Source: Sulfurovaceae bacterium (GTDB lineage Bacteria > Campylobacterota > Campylobacteria > Campylobacterales > Sulfurovaceae). Taken from it: a DNA stretch of 64,000 nt. The translations under genes were made by a program, and so were the position numbers. The notes below the pieces were generated by a model. That model was given only the letters and a program-made list of their open reading frames with translations. It was not told the origin of the DNA and made no database searches. Below are positions 10,551 through 20,314 of the stretch, piece by piece (position 1 is the first letter of the stretch; each line of letters begins with the position of its first letter). The DNA is taken from positions 98,741 to 162,740 of the forward strand of contig CAVORT010000009.1 of the NCBI GenBank assembly GCA_963698695.1, written 5' to 3'.

Positions 10551-11522
10551 ATGAAGAATATAGCCATACTCTGCTCAGGTGGGGATGTCTCAGGTATGAA
10601 TGCGGCACTCAAGCGTTTTGTTGAATACAGTTTCCTAAAAGGGCTCACCCCTTATTTTGTAGACAATGGCTATGAAGGCTTAATAGACAATAAGATCTAT
10701 CAGGTTGGATACAAAGATGTCTCAGGCATTATTGTAAATGGAGGTACAAAGATACACTCTTCAAGATCCAAACGTTTTATGGAAGAGGCATATCGTAAGC
10801 AGGCCATTGAAAACCTCCATGCCCACCAAATAGGATATCTCGTTGTCTTGGGGGGAGATGGTTCTTTTAAGGGCATGCAAAAATTAAGTGAAGAGAGTCA
10901 GGGTATTCATGTCTGTGGTATCCCTGCGACTATAGATAATGATATTGCAGGTACAGAATATTGTCTGGGTGTCGATACTGCACTGAATGTGATCAAAGAT
11001 GCGCTTGATTCTTTGCGTGATACAGCCTCATCATTTGGTCGTGCTTTTGTCGTAGAGATCATGGGGAGGAATTGTGGGTATCTGACTTTGGTCTCAGCCT
11101 TGACTTCTGGCGCAGAGATGTGTCTTATACCGGAGATACCATATGACCTCAATACCTATAAAGACTCTTTTAAAAAACAGATGACAGAGGGGAGGACATA
11201 CTTCATAGCAGTGGTATGTGAAGGTTTGGACAATACACAAGAGATGACCCACTGGTTTGAAACTGAAATAGGCATAGAAGCTCGTACCACCATCCTTGGA
11301 CATGTGCAACGCGGTGGAAACCCCACCGTCTATGACCGCTTGATGGCATATGATTTTATCACGCATGCTATAGACGGAATGCTCAGTGGTAAAGAAGCGA
11401 GTGTTATCTGTTATGGTCATGGTGGTTTTAACTATAAAGAGATCGGTGATGTTGCTTTTCACAAAAACAAGATCAAACCAGCCCTTCTAAGTCTAGGCTT
11501 AGAGTTTGGAAAACAAAGATGA
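10551..11522 (+). CDS. pfkA: ATP-dependent 6-phosphofructokinase
   Basis: SGGDVSGMNA, GGDGS, TIDND, EIMGR, LGHVQRGG motifs. Confidence 0.92.
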   Translation: MKNIAILCSGGDVSGMNAALKRFVEYSFLKGLTPYFVDNGYEGLIDNKIYQVGYKDVSGIIVNGGTKIHSSRSKRFMEEAYRKQAIENLHAHQIGYLVVLGGDGSFKGMQKLSEESQGIHVCGIPATIDNDIAGTEYCLGVDTALNVIKDALDSLRDTASSFGRAFVVEIMGRNCGYLTLVSALTSGAEMCLIPEIPYDLNTYKDSFKKQMTEGRTYFIAVVCEGLDNTQEMTHWFETEIGIEARTTILGHVQRGGNPTVYDRLMAYDFITHAIDGMLSGKEASVICYGHGGFNYKEIGDVAFHKNKIKPALLSLGLEFGKQR

Positions 11523-12247
11523 AACATTTTATATGGTTACCTATGACACTCTTGATCATGGCTTGCAATGATCTTACGGGAGACGTGATTGCTAAGATCC
11601 CCGAAGCATCAGGTATCAGTTACTGTAGTAACTCAAACACTCTCATCGTGGCCAATGATGAAGGAACGTATTATGAGATAACCCCTAAGGGAAAGATACT
11701 ACAACAAGTAAAACTGGGTAAATACGACCTTGAAGGGGTCGTCTGTGAAGAGGAACAACTCATCTTTGTGCGTGAAGACAAAGGCATCATACTTGTAGAT
11801 AGAAACACGGGTAAAATGAAAAAGGCACCCATAGATACACTCTACGAAGGGAAAAAACGTAAACTCTTTGATAAAAAGGCAGGAGTGGAGGGCATCGCTA
11901 AAACAGGGAACATCCTTTATCTGTCTAAACAGGCTAAAAAGAAAAAGGATTCTTTTGTTGCCGTAGTGAGAATGACGCCTTACCCTGGTAGAATAGTTGA
12001 TATCATCAACCATGATATTGCAGATGTGGCAGGACTGACATATCATGATGGCAGCTTATATATGGTGAGTGACAAAGAAGATGTGTTGATACAGTACGAT
12101 CTTGAAAAGAAGAAGATAGTACAAAAAGTAAAGCTAGAGAAGGGTGCCTGGGAGGGGTTAGCCTTTGATACCCAAGGGTTTGTCTATCTAGCAGATGATG
12201 ATGGGCGTGTTGTTACCTATAAGAAAACCGATCTAGGCTTAAAATAG
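11519..12247 (+). CDS. Lipoprotein, YjiK/SdiA-regulated beta-propeller-like
   Basis: Lipobox IMAC; repeated EASGI/DLEGV/GVEGI/WEGL blade motifs. Confidence 0.65.
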   Translation: MKHFIWLPMTLLIMACNDLTGDVIAKIPEASGISYCSNSNTLIVANDEGTYYEITPKGKILQQVKLGKYDLEGVVCEEEQLIFVREDKGIILVDRNTGKMKKAPIDTLYEGKKRKLFDKKAGVEGIAKTGNILYLSKQAKKKKDSFVAVVRMTPYPGRIVDIINHDIADVAGLTYHDGSLYMVSDKEDVLIQYDLEKKKIVQKVKLEKGAWEGLAFDTQGFVYLADDDGRVVTYKKTDLGLK

Positions 12248-12260
12248 GACAACAGTACCT

Positions 12261-12869
12261 TTAGAGGTTTTCATCCTTTCTTGCTAACCATAGTCTTTGA
12301 TAGTACCTATAAAAAGCCACATTGAGCAAGGCACCTAGCATTGCAGAAAGTGTGTCTTTGTGTGCATCCCAGACATCTCCTTGTGTACCCAAAAAAGCAC
12401 TCCCCAGTTCTGGATAGAGTACAACGACTGCAAGCCATTCAAGCATCTCATACAATGTTGAGATAGTCACTATCATGGTAAAGGTAAAGAGCAAGGCAGT
12501 TTTTACAGACTGTATGCCTGCAGTGATCATCTCAAAGAGTATGCTAAAAACAAGTAAACCAAAAAGAAAATGCACCAAGCGGTCAAAATGGTTACGTTCA
12601 AAACCAAAAAATTCGGTGATGACATTAAAGTGTTCCATCTCTGAGTAGGTGTAGTGTGACCCCAAAGAGTGCAAAGAAGCAAAGATCATGATGAGTACGA
12701 TACTCAGCACATGGTACTTGTGTTTCATATCCATCCAGATCACAAAAGGGAAAAATATAAATACCAATACATTTTCAAGTAACCAGTCATCAGGGTACTT
12801 AGGGTTTATGGCCATGATGACCCACACCAGTATGTAGACGGCATAAACGATTTTATGTGAGTTTGGCAT
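12261..12869 (-). CDS. DUF2238 (YjdF-like) membrane protein
   Basis: DWLLEN, HYTYS, RNHFDRLVHF, FLGTQGDVWDAHKD motifs. Confidence 0.85.
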   Translation of the reverse strand: MPNSHKIVYAVYILVWVIMAINPKYPDDWLLENVLVFIFFPFVIWMDMKHKYHVLSIVLIMIFASLHSLGSHYTYSEMEHFNVITEFFGFERNHFDRLVHFLFGLLVFSILFEMITAGIQSVKTALLFTFTMIVTISTLYEMLEWLAVVVLYPELGSAFLGTQGDVWDAHKDTLSAMLGALLNVAFYRYYQRLWLARKDENL

Positions 12870-13083
12870 GAATCCCTCCTTGAATGTTTTATTATAGCAT
12901 TAACTTATAGGAGAGTGCATAAGGCTTATGCAGTCATAAATAATGCATTTTACTAGCATATCCATTTATTAAAATATGTGCCGTGACCGAAGGGAGGAAA
13001 TGCCCTTGGGGTGCAATTTGTCATGTTTTTACACATAATCTATTTTTTACCTTACAATGTCCCTATATTATTAGGAGAATGTC

Positions 13084-13594
13084 ATGGATGCGTTAGTGGT
13101 ACAGAGTGAGATAAGTAGTCGTATTTTGACTTTACGTGGTAAGCAGGTGATGTTAGATAGAGACTTAGCAGAGCTTTATGGTGTTGAGACAAAAGTTCTC
13201 AATCAAGCGGTTAAAAGGAATTTAAAAAGATTTCCAAGTGACTTTATGTTTCAAATAAATGAAAAAGAAAAAAATCAACTGGTCACAAATTGTGACCGGT
13301 TCGAAAAGTTAAAACATTCTTCAGTGAATCCTTATGCGTTCACAGAGCAAAGTGTGTATATGTTGGCTACTGTTTTAAAATCTGATATTGCCATAGATGT
13401 AAACATCGCCATCATGCGAACCTTCACAAAACTTCGAGAGTTTAGCAAACACTACAATGCACTAGCCAAACAACTCATAGAGGTAGACCGTAAACATGAG
13501 AAACAGTACAAAGAACTCAAAAAAAGCACTAGATGAACTTATAGCCTCTTCAGAGGTGGTAGATGAGAAGGTCATGGGGTTTTTGAAAGAGTAG
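13084..13594 (+). CDS. ORF6N-domain DNA-binding protein (indel in A-run near 13520)
   Basis: LRGKQVMLDRDLAELYGVETKVLNQAVKRN..RFPSDFMFQ, PYAFTEQ; the shifted frame continues ALDELIASSEVVDEKVMGFLKE* to 13594. Confidence 0.85.
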
Positions 13595-13789
13595 TGTCAT
13601 CATATCGACTCCTCAAAGAGAATAGATTACTCGGACTGCGGTAGAGATGCTTTTGGTTTCTTTTTAGGTTATATTTGAAGTATGGGTATTTTAGCGAGGA
13701 GGGATGGGAAGCAGTAACTTATACAAGTTTAATATAAATTACAAGTATATATAAGAGACTCTAGTTATAATTTAGTAAAAGTGATTTAA

Positions 13790-16700
13790 ATGTTATATGC
13801 TGGTATTTATGAACAACTTATTAATAAATTAGTATTTGAAAAACTTGAATTATTAAATGAGAATCAATTTTATCTTAAAAAATCAAAAATTGAAAAAAGT
13901 GAAGCATCTATAATTCTTACTCAATATTTAACTAAGATTATAAATTTTGCTTTAAACCTTATTAGTGGTGAAGATAGTATTGAAAAACAGATAAAACTTT
14001 CCAACGATATTATTTTATTGTTAAAAGAAGAACTTAATAATCAAGACTTTTCTAATAACATACTTGAAAATAATACATTGATTTTAAATGCTATTCTTCC
14101 TAAACTTGATTCAAATATAAATAACTTTGAAAATTATATTAAAGAAGTCACCCCATATACAGGACTTACTCAAAGTGAATTGTTTACTGGGTGTAACGCT
14201 GGAGTTTCATTAGAAAGTGAGCTAAAAAAAGAGATTTTATCCTCAGATAAAATTTATTTATTAGTTTCGTTCATTAAATGGACAGGTATTAGAATATTTG
14301 AAAAAGAATTAAGGCAATTTACGGCTTCAGGGAAAAAACTGAAAATTATTACAACTTCATATATGGGTGCAACAGATTTAAAAGCAGTTGAGTTTTTATC
14401 AAGCTTACCAAATACAGAAGTGAGAGTGTCATACAATACTGCAAATGAACGACTACATGCCAAATCATATCTATTTTTTAGAGATACAGGTTTCCATACA
14501 GGCTATATTGGTTCATCAAACATATCTAAAAGTGCTTTAACAAGTGGCTTGGAATGGAACCTAAAAGTTACAACGGCAGAAATATCACATATCATTAAAA
14601 AATTTGAAGTTACATTTGAAACATATTGGGAAGATAGGGAGTTTGAACTTTTTACTAAAGCAGATACTCAAAAACTTAAAAAAGCTCTAAAAAATGAAAC
14701 GTACAAAGATAAAAATAGTTATTCAACATATTTTGAGCTAAAACCTTTTCATTATCAAGAAGAAATATTAGAAGAATTACAAGCACAAAGAGAAATCCAT
14801 AAACGATACAAGAATTTAATTGTGGCTGCTACAGGAACAGGTAAAACTGTTATAAGTGCTTTTGACTATAAAGCTTTTAAAAACAAGAACAAAAGGGCAC
14901 GACTCCTTTTTGTAGCACATAGAAAAGAAATCCTTTTACAGGCACGGGCCACTTTCCAAGGTGTACTTCGTGATAATAATTTTGGTGAACTATGGGTAGA
15001 TGGGATAGTTCCTGATTCAAATGAATATGTCTTTGCTTCTGTACAGACGTTACAAAATAGCATAGATAATTTGAATCTATCAAATGAATATTATGATTTT
15101 GTCATTATTGATGAAGTACATCATATTTCTGCAAATAGTTATAGACCAATTTTAGAAAAATTTAATCCTGTAATATTATTAGGACTTACGGCAACTCCTG
15201 AAAGAATGGATGGTGCAAATATTTTAAATGATTTTTGTAATGTAATTGCATCAGAAATAAGATTACCAGATGCACTAAATCGTAAGCTTCTATGTCCATT
15301 CCAATATTTTGGTATAAGTGATAACATTGATTTAAAAAATATAAAGTGGCAAAATGGTAAATACTCTTCACAAGAACTAACAGATGCTTTTAATAGTGAT
15401 ATGAGAGTGTCTGATATTATTTTAAAGTGTGAAAATTATTTAACAGATAAAAACGATGTAATAGCTTTAGGATTCTGTGCAACGCAAGGACATGCTCAAT
15501 ATATGAGTGAAAAGTTTAATGAAGCTGGGTTGAAAGCAGATTATTTAGTAAGTGGAAGAAATAACGTTCGTGATAATATAAAATCTAAGTTTGTTAATAA
15601 GGAGATAAACTATCTTTTTGTTGTTGATATTTTTAATGAAGGTATTGATATGCCTCAAATTGATACATTATTATTTTTACGTCCAACAGAAAGTTTGACG
15701 ATTTTTCTTCAACAACTTGGACGTGGGCTTAGATTTGCAGACAATAAAGATTGTCTAACAGTTTTAGATTTTGTTGGAAATGCTAGAGAAGAATATGATT
15801 TTGAAGGTAAATTTAGACATTTAGTTGGTAAATCTAATCGTTCAATTAAAGATGAAATAGAAGATGAGTTCCCTCATTTACCCCTTGGTTGTTCAATTGT
15901 GTTAGAAAAAAAAGCTAAAGAACATATTCTAAACAACATCAAAAAAGCAACATCAATAAATAGAAGAAAGATAATTAACAAAATAGTAAATTATAAAAAT
16001 CACACAAGTTTACCTTTGACAATAGACAATTTCATGAATATTAATAATATACCTTTAGAATCAATTTATAAAAAAGATAGTTTTTCAAAACTTTGTTATG
16101 ATGCGGGTGAAATAAATGAATTTAATAGTACTAATGAGAAGGAACTGGTGAGAGCAATAAGTAAAAAATGGCTTTCAACAAGATCAATTAGCTATTTTCA
16201 ATTTATTTTAGAACTTATTGAAAATAAATTTGATTCTTCAACGTTGATTACAGCACCTGATAAACAAATGATGATGATGTTATATTATGATTTTTGGCAA
16301 GAAGCAAATAAATTTTCTAGTGTGAATGAAGGTATTAAGTATATTGGTGAAAATAGTCTTTTAGTCAATGAATTAAAGGAAGTAATTCAATTTTTAATTT
16401 CTAAAATAAACTATGTTGAAAGTAACTTAAATTTACCCTATCCATGTTCTATAAAAGTTCATTCAAGATACACAAGAGAACAAATTTTATCTGCCTTTGA
16501 AGTTAACACTTTAAGTACGAAATCAAGTAGTCGTGAAGGTGTTTTGAACATTAAAGACAAGAACACTGAGCTTTTATTTGTTACTCTTGAAAAAACAGAA
16601 GATAAATACTCCCCGACAACCATGTACGATGATTATGCAATTAGCGATAGTCTATTTCATTGGCAATCACAAAACGCTACAAAACCTGAGTCACCCAAAG

Positions 16701-16921
16701 GTGTAAGTTATATTAATCATCAAAAATTAGATAAATATATTATACTTTTTGTGAGAGAATCTAATCGTGATAAAAATAAAAATGTGATGACATACATATG
16801 TTTAGGAAAAGTATATTATAAAGAGCATTATGGTTCTCAGCCAATGAGTATAACATGGAAACTTGAAGATAAAATACCATCTTTCTTGTGGAGTAATATT
16901 GCGAAGATGGCAGCAAGTTAA
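13790..16921 (+). CDS. PLD nuclease - SF2 helicase/ATPase - DUF3427 protein (SauUSI-like candidate modification-dependent restriction enzyme)
   Basis: LHAKSY..GSSNIS..GLEWN PLD motif; ATGTGKT, DEVHH, TATPER, QQLGRGLR helicase motifs; C-terminal YDDYAISDSLFHWQSQN; visibly more AT-rich than neighbours. Confidence 0.85.
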   Translation: MLYAGIYEQLINKLVFEKLELLNENQFYLKKSKIEKSEASIILTQYLTKIINFALNLISGEDSIEKQIKLSNDIILLLKEELNNQDFSNNILENNTLILNAILPKLDSNINNFENYIKEVTPYTGLTQSELFTGCNAGVSLESELKKEILSSDKIYLLVSFIKWTGIRIFEKELRQFTASGKKLKIITTSYMGATDLKAVEFLSSLPNTEVRVSYNTANERLHAKSYLFFRDTGFHTGYIGSSNISKSALTSGLEWNLKVTTAEISHIIKKFEVTFETYWEDREFELFTKADTQKLKKALKNETYKDKNSYSTYFELKPFHYQEEILEELQAQREIHKRYKNLIVAATGTGKTVISAFDYKAFKNKNKRARLLFVAHRKEILLQARATFQGVLRDNNFGELWVDGIVPDSNEYVFASVQTLQNSIDNLNLSNEYYDFVIIDEVHHISANSYRPILEKFNPVILLGLTATPERMDGANILNDFCNVIASEIRLPDALNRKLLCPFQYFGISDNIDLKNIKWQNGKYSSQELTDAFNSDMRVSDIILKCENYLTDKNDVIALGFCATQGHAQYMSEKFNEAGLKADYLVSGRNNVRDNIKSKFVNKEINYLFVVDIFNEGIDMPQIDTLLFLRPTESLTIFLQQLGRGLRFADNKDCLTVLDFVGNAREEYDFEGKFRHLVGKSNRSIKDEIEDEFPHLPLGCSIVLEKKAKEHILNNIKKATSINRRKIINKIVNYKNHTSLPLTIDNFMNINNIPLESIYKKDSFSKLCYDAGEINEFNSTNEKELVRAISKKWLSTRSISYFQFILELIENKFDSSTLITAPDKQMMMMLYYDFWQEANKFSSVNEGIKYIGENSLLVNELKEVIQFLISKINYVESNLNLPYPCSIKVHSRYTREQILSAFEVNTLSTKSSSREGVLNIKDKNTELLFVTLEKTEDKYSPTTMYDDYAISDSLFHWQSQNATKPESPKGVSYINHQKLDKYIILFVRESNRDKNKNVMTYICLGKVYYKEHYGSQPMSITWKLEDKIPSFLWSNIAKMAAS

Positions 16922-16994
16922 TATTTCAAAAGAGAAGTTGTGATAACAATAAAGTGGATTGGGTACTTTTAAATTTGAATAGACAAGTTTCCTT

Positions 16995-17220
16995 AAGCCA
17001 AGCACCATCCCCATAGCAAACAACTGCAAAATATATGGTATGCTATCTACATACACTAGATAAACTGGTTTAGTCTAAAAAGGAGTTCCCATGTTAACCA
17101 TCTCAAATAATGTCTCCCTAGACGAAAACGAAGTCACCTTTGAGGCCATCCGTGCGCAAGGTTCTGGTGGACAGAAGGTCAACAAAACCTCTGTGGCGAT
17201 ACACCTGCGTTTTGACATCG
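16995..17220 (+). repeat. Left copy of ~225-bp imperfect direct repeat (arfB upstream region + first 43 codons)
   Basis: Matches 18130..18351; last 58 bp (17163-17220 vs 18294-18351) identical. Confidence 0.95.
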
Positions 17221-17228
17221 CCTTTTGA
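17091..17228 (+). pseudogene. arfB: Truncated arfB 5' fragment (45 aa, retains GGQ)
   Basis: [45 protein letters not shown]; first 43 aa identical to 18222..18638. Confidence 0.85.
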
Positions 17229-17286
17229 TGAAATATAAATAGTAAAATGTGCTATAATACGGTTAAGAACATAAAGGAGAACAGAG

Positions 17287-17532
17287 ATGAGTTATTTGAA
17301 GTTAGTAGAAAATGACTACCCAAATACACATAGTAAAGCAGAAGCCATTCAAGTGTTAGAACGCTATAAAACGCAGCTTACTGTACATGAATATGATGTG
17401 ATACTCAACTCTTTATGTAGCCATGCATTAGAAAGCATTTACCTAAACGAAAAAGATATACTCCTAAGCATCGCACAACTTAGAAACGAAATCACCCTAG
17501 ATGAGATAGTAGCATTGGCTAAAGCCTCGTAG
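17287..17532 (+). CDS. Putative VbhA-like antitoxin of a class I Fic toxin
   Basis: 81 aa directly upstream of fic; SHALES resembles the inhibitory (S/T)xxxE(G/N) motif. Confidence 0.65.
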   Translation: MSYLKLVENDYPNTHSKAEAIQVLERYKTQLTVHEYDVILNSLCSHALESIYLNEKDILLSIAQLRNEITLDEIVALAKAS

Positions 17533-17535
17533 TAC

Positions 17536-18117
17536 ATGTCTCTAACAGACTTCGACAAAGAACTCTTAGCTTCAAATCTGCTAGAAGCCACAACCCTACA
17601 AGAACTTTACCAAAAAGAAAAAATACTCACAAATGCCAAGATGATTGCACTCCAAAATAACCCAGTAGTAGGGTGTTTGGATTATGCACATCTCAAGGCT
17701 ATACATGCTTTTTTATTCTGCGATGTTTATGATTGGGCAGGTAAAGACCGTTATGAGTCAGATGTACGTGCAGACTTTGGTAAGGGTACAACACATTTTA
17801 CTGCGTATGATAAACTTCCTCATGTTTCAAAACTTCTTTTCGATGCACTTAAAGATGAAGCCAATTTTCAAGGACAAGACAAAAAAGACTTTGTAAAAAG
17901 TGCAGCAGTGTTTATGAATGGACTTAATATCTTACATCCATTTAGAGAAGGCAATGGACGTGTTCAGAGAATCTTCATGGAGTATGTGGCAAAAGAAGCA
18001 GGATACACTTTAAGTTTTAAAAATATTACTGCACAAGAGATGATAAAAGCATCTATAGATGGAGCTAAGGGCAATGTGTCTGCAATGGTAGGTATATTTT
18101 ATAAGTCCATCGTATAG
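17536..18117 (+). CDS. Fic family toxin (AMPylase)
   Basis: Complete Fic motif HPFREGNGRVQR; IHAFLFCDVYDWAGKDR. Confidence 0.92.
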   Translation: MSLTDFDKELLASNLLEATTLQELYQKEKILTNAKMIALQNNPVVGCLDYAHLKAIHAFLFCDVYDWAGKDRYESDVRADFGKGTTHFTAYDKLPHVSKLLFDALKDEANFQGQDKKDFVKSAAVFMNGLNILHPFREGNGRVQRIFMEYVAKEAGYTLSFKNITAQEMIKASIDGAKGNVSAMVGIFYKSIV

Positions 18118-18129
18118 ATTTAAACATGA

Positions 18130-18351
18130 AAGCCAAGCACTACCCCTATAAAAAAGCTTCAAACTATGCTATGCTATCTACATACACTAGATGCACTGGC
18201 TTAGTCTAAAAAGGAGTCCCCATGTTAACCATCTCGAATAATGTCTCTCTGGACGAAAACGAAGTTACCTTTGAAGCCATCCGCGCACAAGGCTCTGGTG
18301 GACAGAAGGTCAACAAAACCTCTGTGGCGATACACCTGCGTTTTGACATCG
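18130..18351 (+). repeat. Right copy of the arfB direct repeat
   Basis: Matches 16995..17220. Confidence 0.95.
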
Positions 18352-18638
18352 AAGCTTCGTCACTTCCAGACTTTTACAAAGAGAAACTTCTCGCACTTAA
18401 AGACAAACGCATTACCAAAGAGGGCATCATCGTCATCAAGTCACAACAGCATCGCAGCCAAGAACAAAACAGAGATGAAGCACTGAAGCGTTTGGTAGCG
18501 CTCATCAAAAGTGTGAATGTCGTTCAGAAAAAACGCGTACCCACCAAACCCACCAAAGGCTCTGTCAATCGACGGTTAAAATCAAAGAAAAAACATGCCG
18601 GTAAAAAATACTTGCGAAAAAAGGTAGATGAGGAGTAG
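18222..18638 (+). CDS. arfB: Alternative ribosome rescue peptidyl-tRNA hydrolase ArfB
   Basis: [23 protein letters not shown], basic tail KKRVPTKPTKGS. Confidence 0.93.
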   Translation: MLTISNNVSLDENEVTFEAIRAQGSGGQKVNKTSVAIHLRFDIEASSLPDFYKEKLLALKDKRITKEGIIVIKSQQHRSQEQNRDEALKRLVALIKSVNVVQKKRVPTKPTKGSVNRRLKSKKKHAGKKYLRKKVDEE

Positions 18639-18641
18639 ATG

Positions 18642-20313
18642 CTACCCCGCATACATCTTATACTCTCCAAGATCTTTTCCTTTTACATCTATGACATGCA
18701 CGGCACAGGCAAGACAGGGGTCAAAAGAGTGTAAGACCTTTAAGACTTCAAGGGGACGTGAAGGGTCATCAAGTTTTATGCCTATGAGTGCTTCTTCATA
18801 AGGCCCTCTCTGATCTTTTACCGTCTTTGGGTGAGGCATTCCACGTAGTAGGTGCTATGACCTGATAGTTTTTGTATCTTTTGATCTTCTATATTGATAA
18901 AGTGAGACAAAACACCTCTTGGCACTTCAAGAAATGTTCTGCCTTTTGCTTCTTTGGGTAACGTCTCAAAGGTATATTTTGTCCAGGTCTCAGTATCATA
19001 ATACTTGATGTTTTCAACCAGCCTGTTGATGAACTTGAAGATATATTCAGAAATATACGCAGTCTCTATGGCTCTGGCTGCATTTCTTCCTACCGTTGAA
19101 GAGAGGTCTAAAAGTTCCAGATCACAAAATGTTAAAAATTCATCAACAAACGGCTTGATGTATTTGTTACCCTGTTTATAAGAGATCAATACTCTTGCAA
19201 GAGGACCAGACTCCATCGTTTTACCATTATATCTTGGGGCTTTGATCCAAGAGTATTTGTCATCTGCTTTGGCAGTTTTGAGTGTACCATCATCATTGAG
19301 GTCAGTGTAGTAGGGTTCATCATCTTTATACCATGCTCTTTCAACTTCTTCTGTGATCAACTGTTCATCAAAATTTTCTATATTTTCAAAATCATGACCA
19401 TAGATGACACCATTTTCAAAAAGTAGATTTTCATTATCAAAGCAGTATCCACCCACACTTAGAAAATTACCTACACTTCTTCCCGAACCTTCTTTTATCT
19501 CTTGTTTATAGGCTGTTGCCAAAAGTTTCATGTCGGGTACATAAGCCCTGTCTATAAAACCTTTGGCTTCTTTGAGTATAAAGATAAAATCATTTAGTCT
19601 TTGAGGATTAAGCATATCTGCCACAGAGGTGATGCCTCCAACCACAATGGTTTGAGGGTGGGGTGTTTTTGAACCAAATATGGCAATGGCTTTTGAAATG
19701 TCTGTTTGAAACTTCAAGGCTTCAAGATAATGCGAAAGCAGCAGTAAATTCTCTTCAGGAGTTAATTTATAGTCTAGTAGTGTCCCCAGTAGCCGTTGGA
19801 AAAAGGACCTAACCTTCCGGAGTTCACAAATTTTGCCAACTTTTCTTTTACGTATATATAGTGTGCATGGGAATTAGCATAGGGTTTAGGAGAGTAGATG
19901 TGGGCTGTTTTACTTGTCATCTTTGGATCAGCTTCCAATGCTTTGGTGACATCTACAAAATCTAACAAATGAAGATGATAAAAATGTGTCACATGGTCTT
20001 GAATAAAAAGTGCCAATGACATGAGGTCTCTGATGATCTCAGCATTTTTAGGTGCAACGATGCCGTAAGCATCTTCAACAGTACTGACTGCCCCTCTAAA
20101 ATGTGAGTTGGTACAGACACCACAGATCCTACCAGCAAGTAAACCTGCATCTCTTGGGTCTCTGCTCTTTTAAGATGTCTCAATACCCCTAAAAAGCTGA
20201 CCACTCACATAGGCTTCTTTGACGATACCTTCTTCGTCTATCTCTACTTCAGCACGCAGATGACCTTCTATTCTGGTAATGGGGTCTATGACTATTTTTT
20301 TAAGATTTGGCAT
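18642..20313 (-). CDS. [NiFe]-hydrogenase large subunit, group-1b-like paralog (several indels)
   Basis: IDPITRIEGHLR, L1 RICGVCTNSH, THFYHLH, YSWIKAPRY, EVPRGVLSH, L2 SFDPCLACAVH plus C-terminal extension. Confidence 0.92.
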
Positions 20314-20314
20314 T

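Noticed and set aside
13084-18117. Prophage or integron
   Set aside because: No structural, integrase or attC-like features; ORF6N alone is insufficient.
19774-19776. TAG in the hydrogenase large subunit as possible recoding
   Set aside because: The downstream sequence (DYKLTPEE) continues in another frame, so it is an indel artefact; both L2 motifs use Cys, so no selenocysteine.
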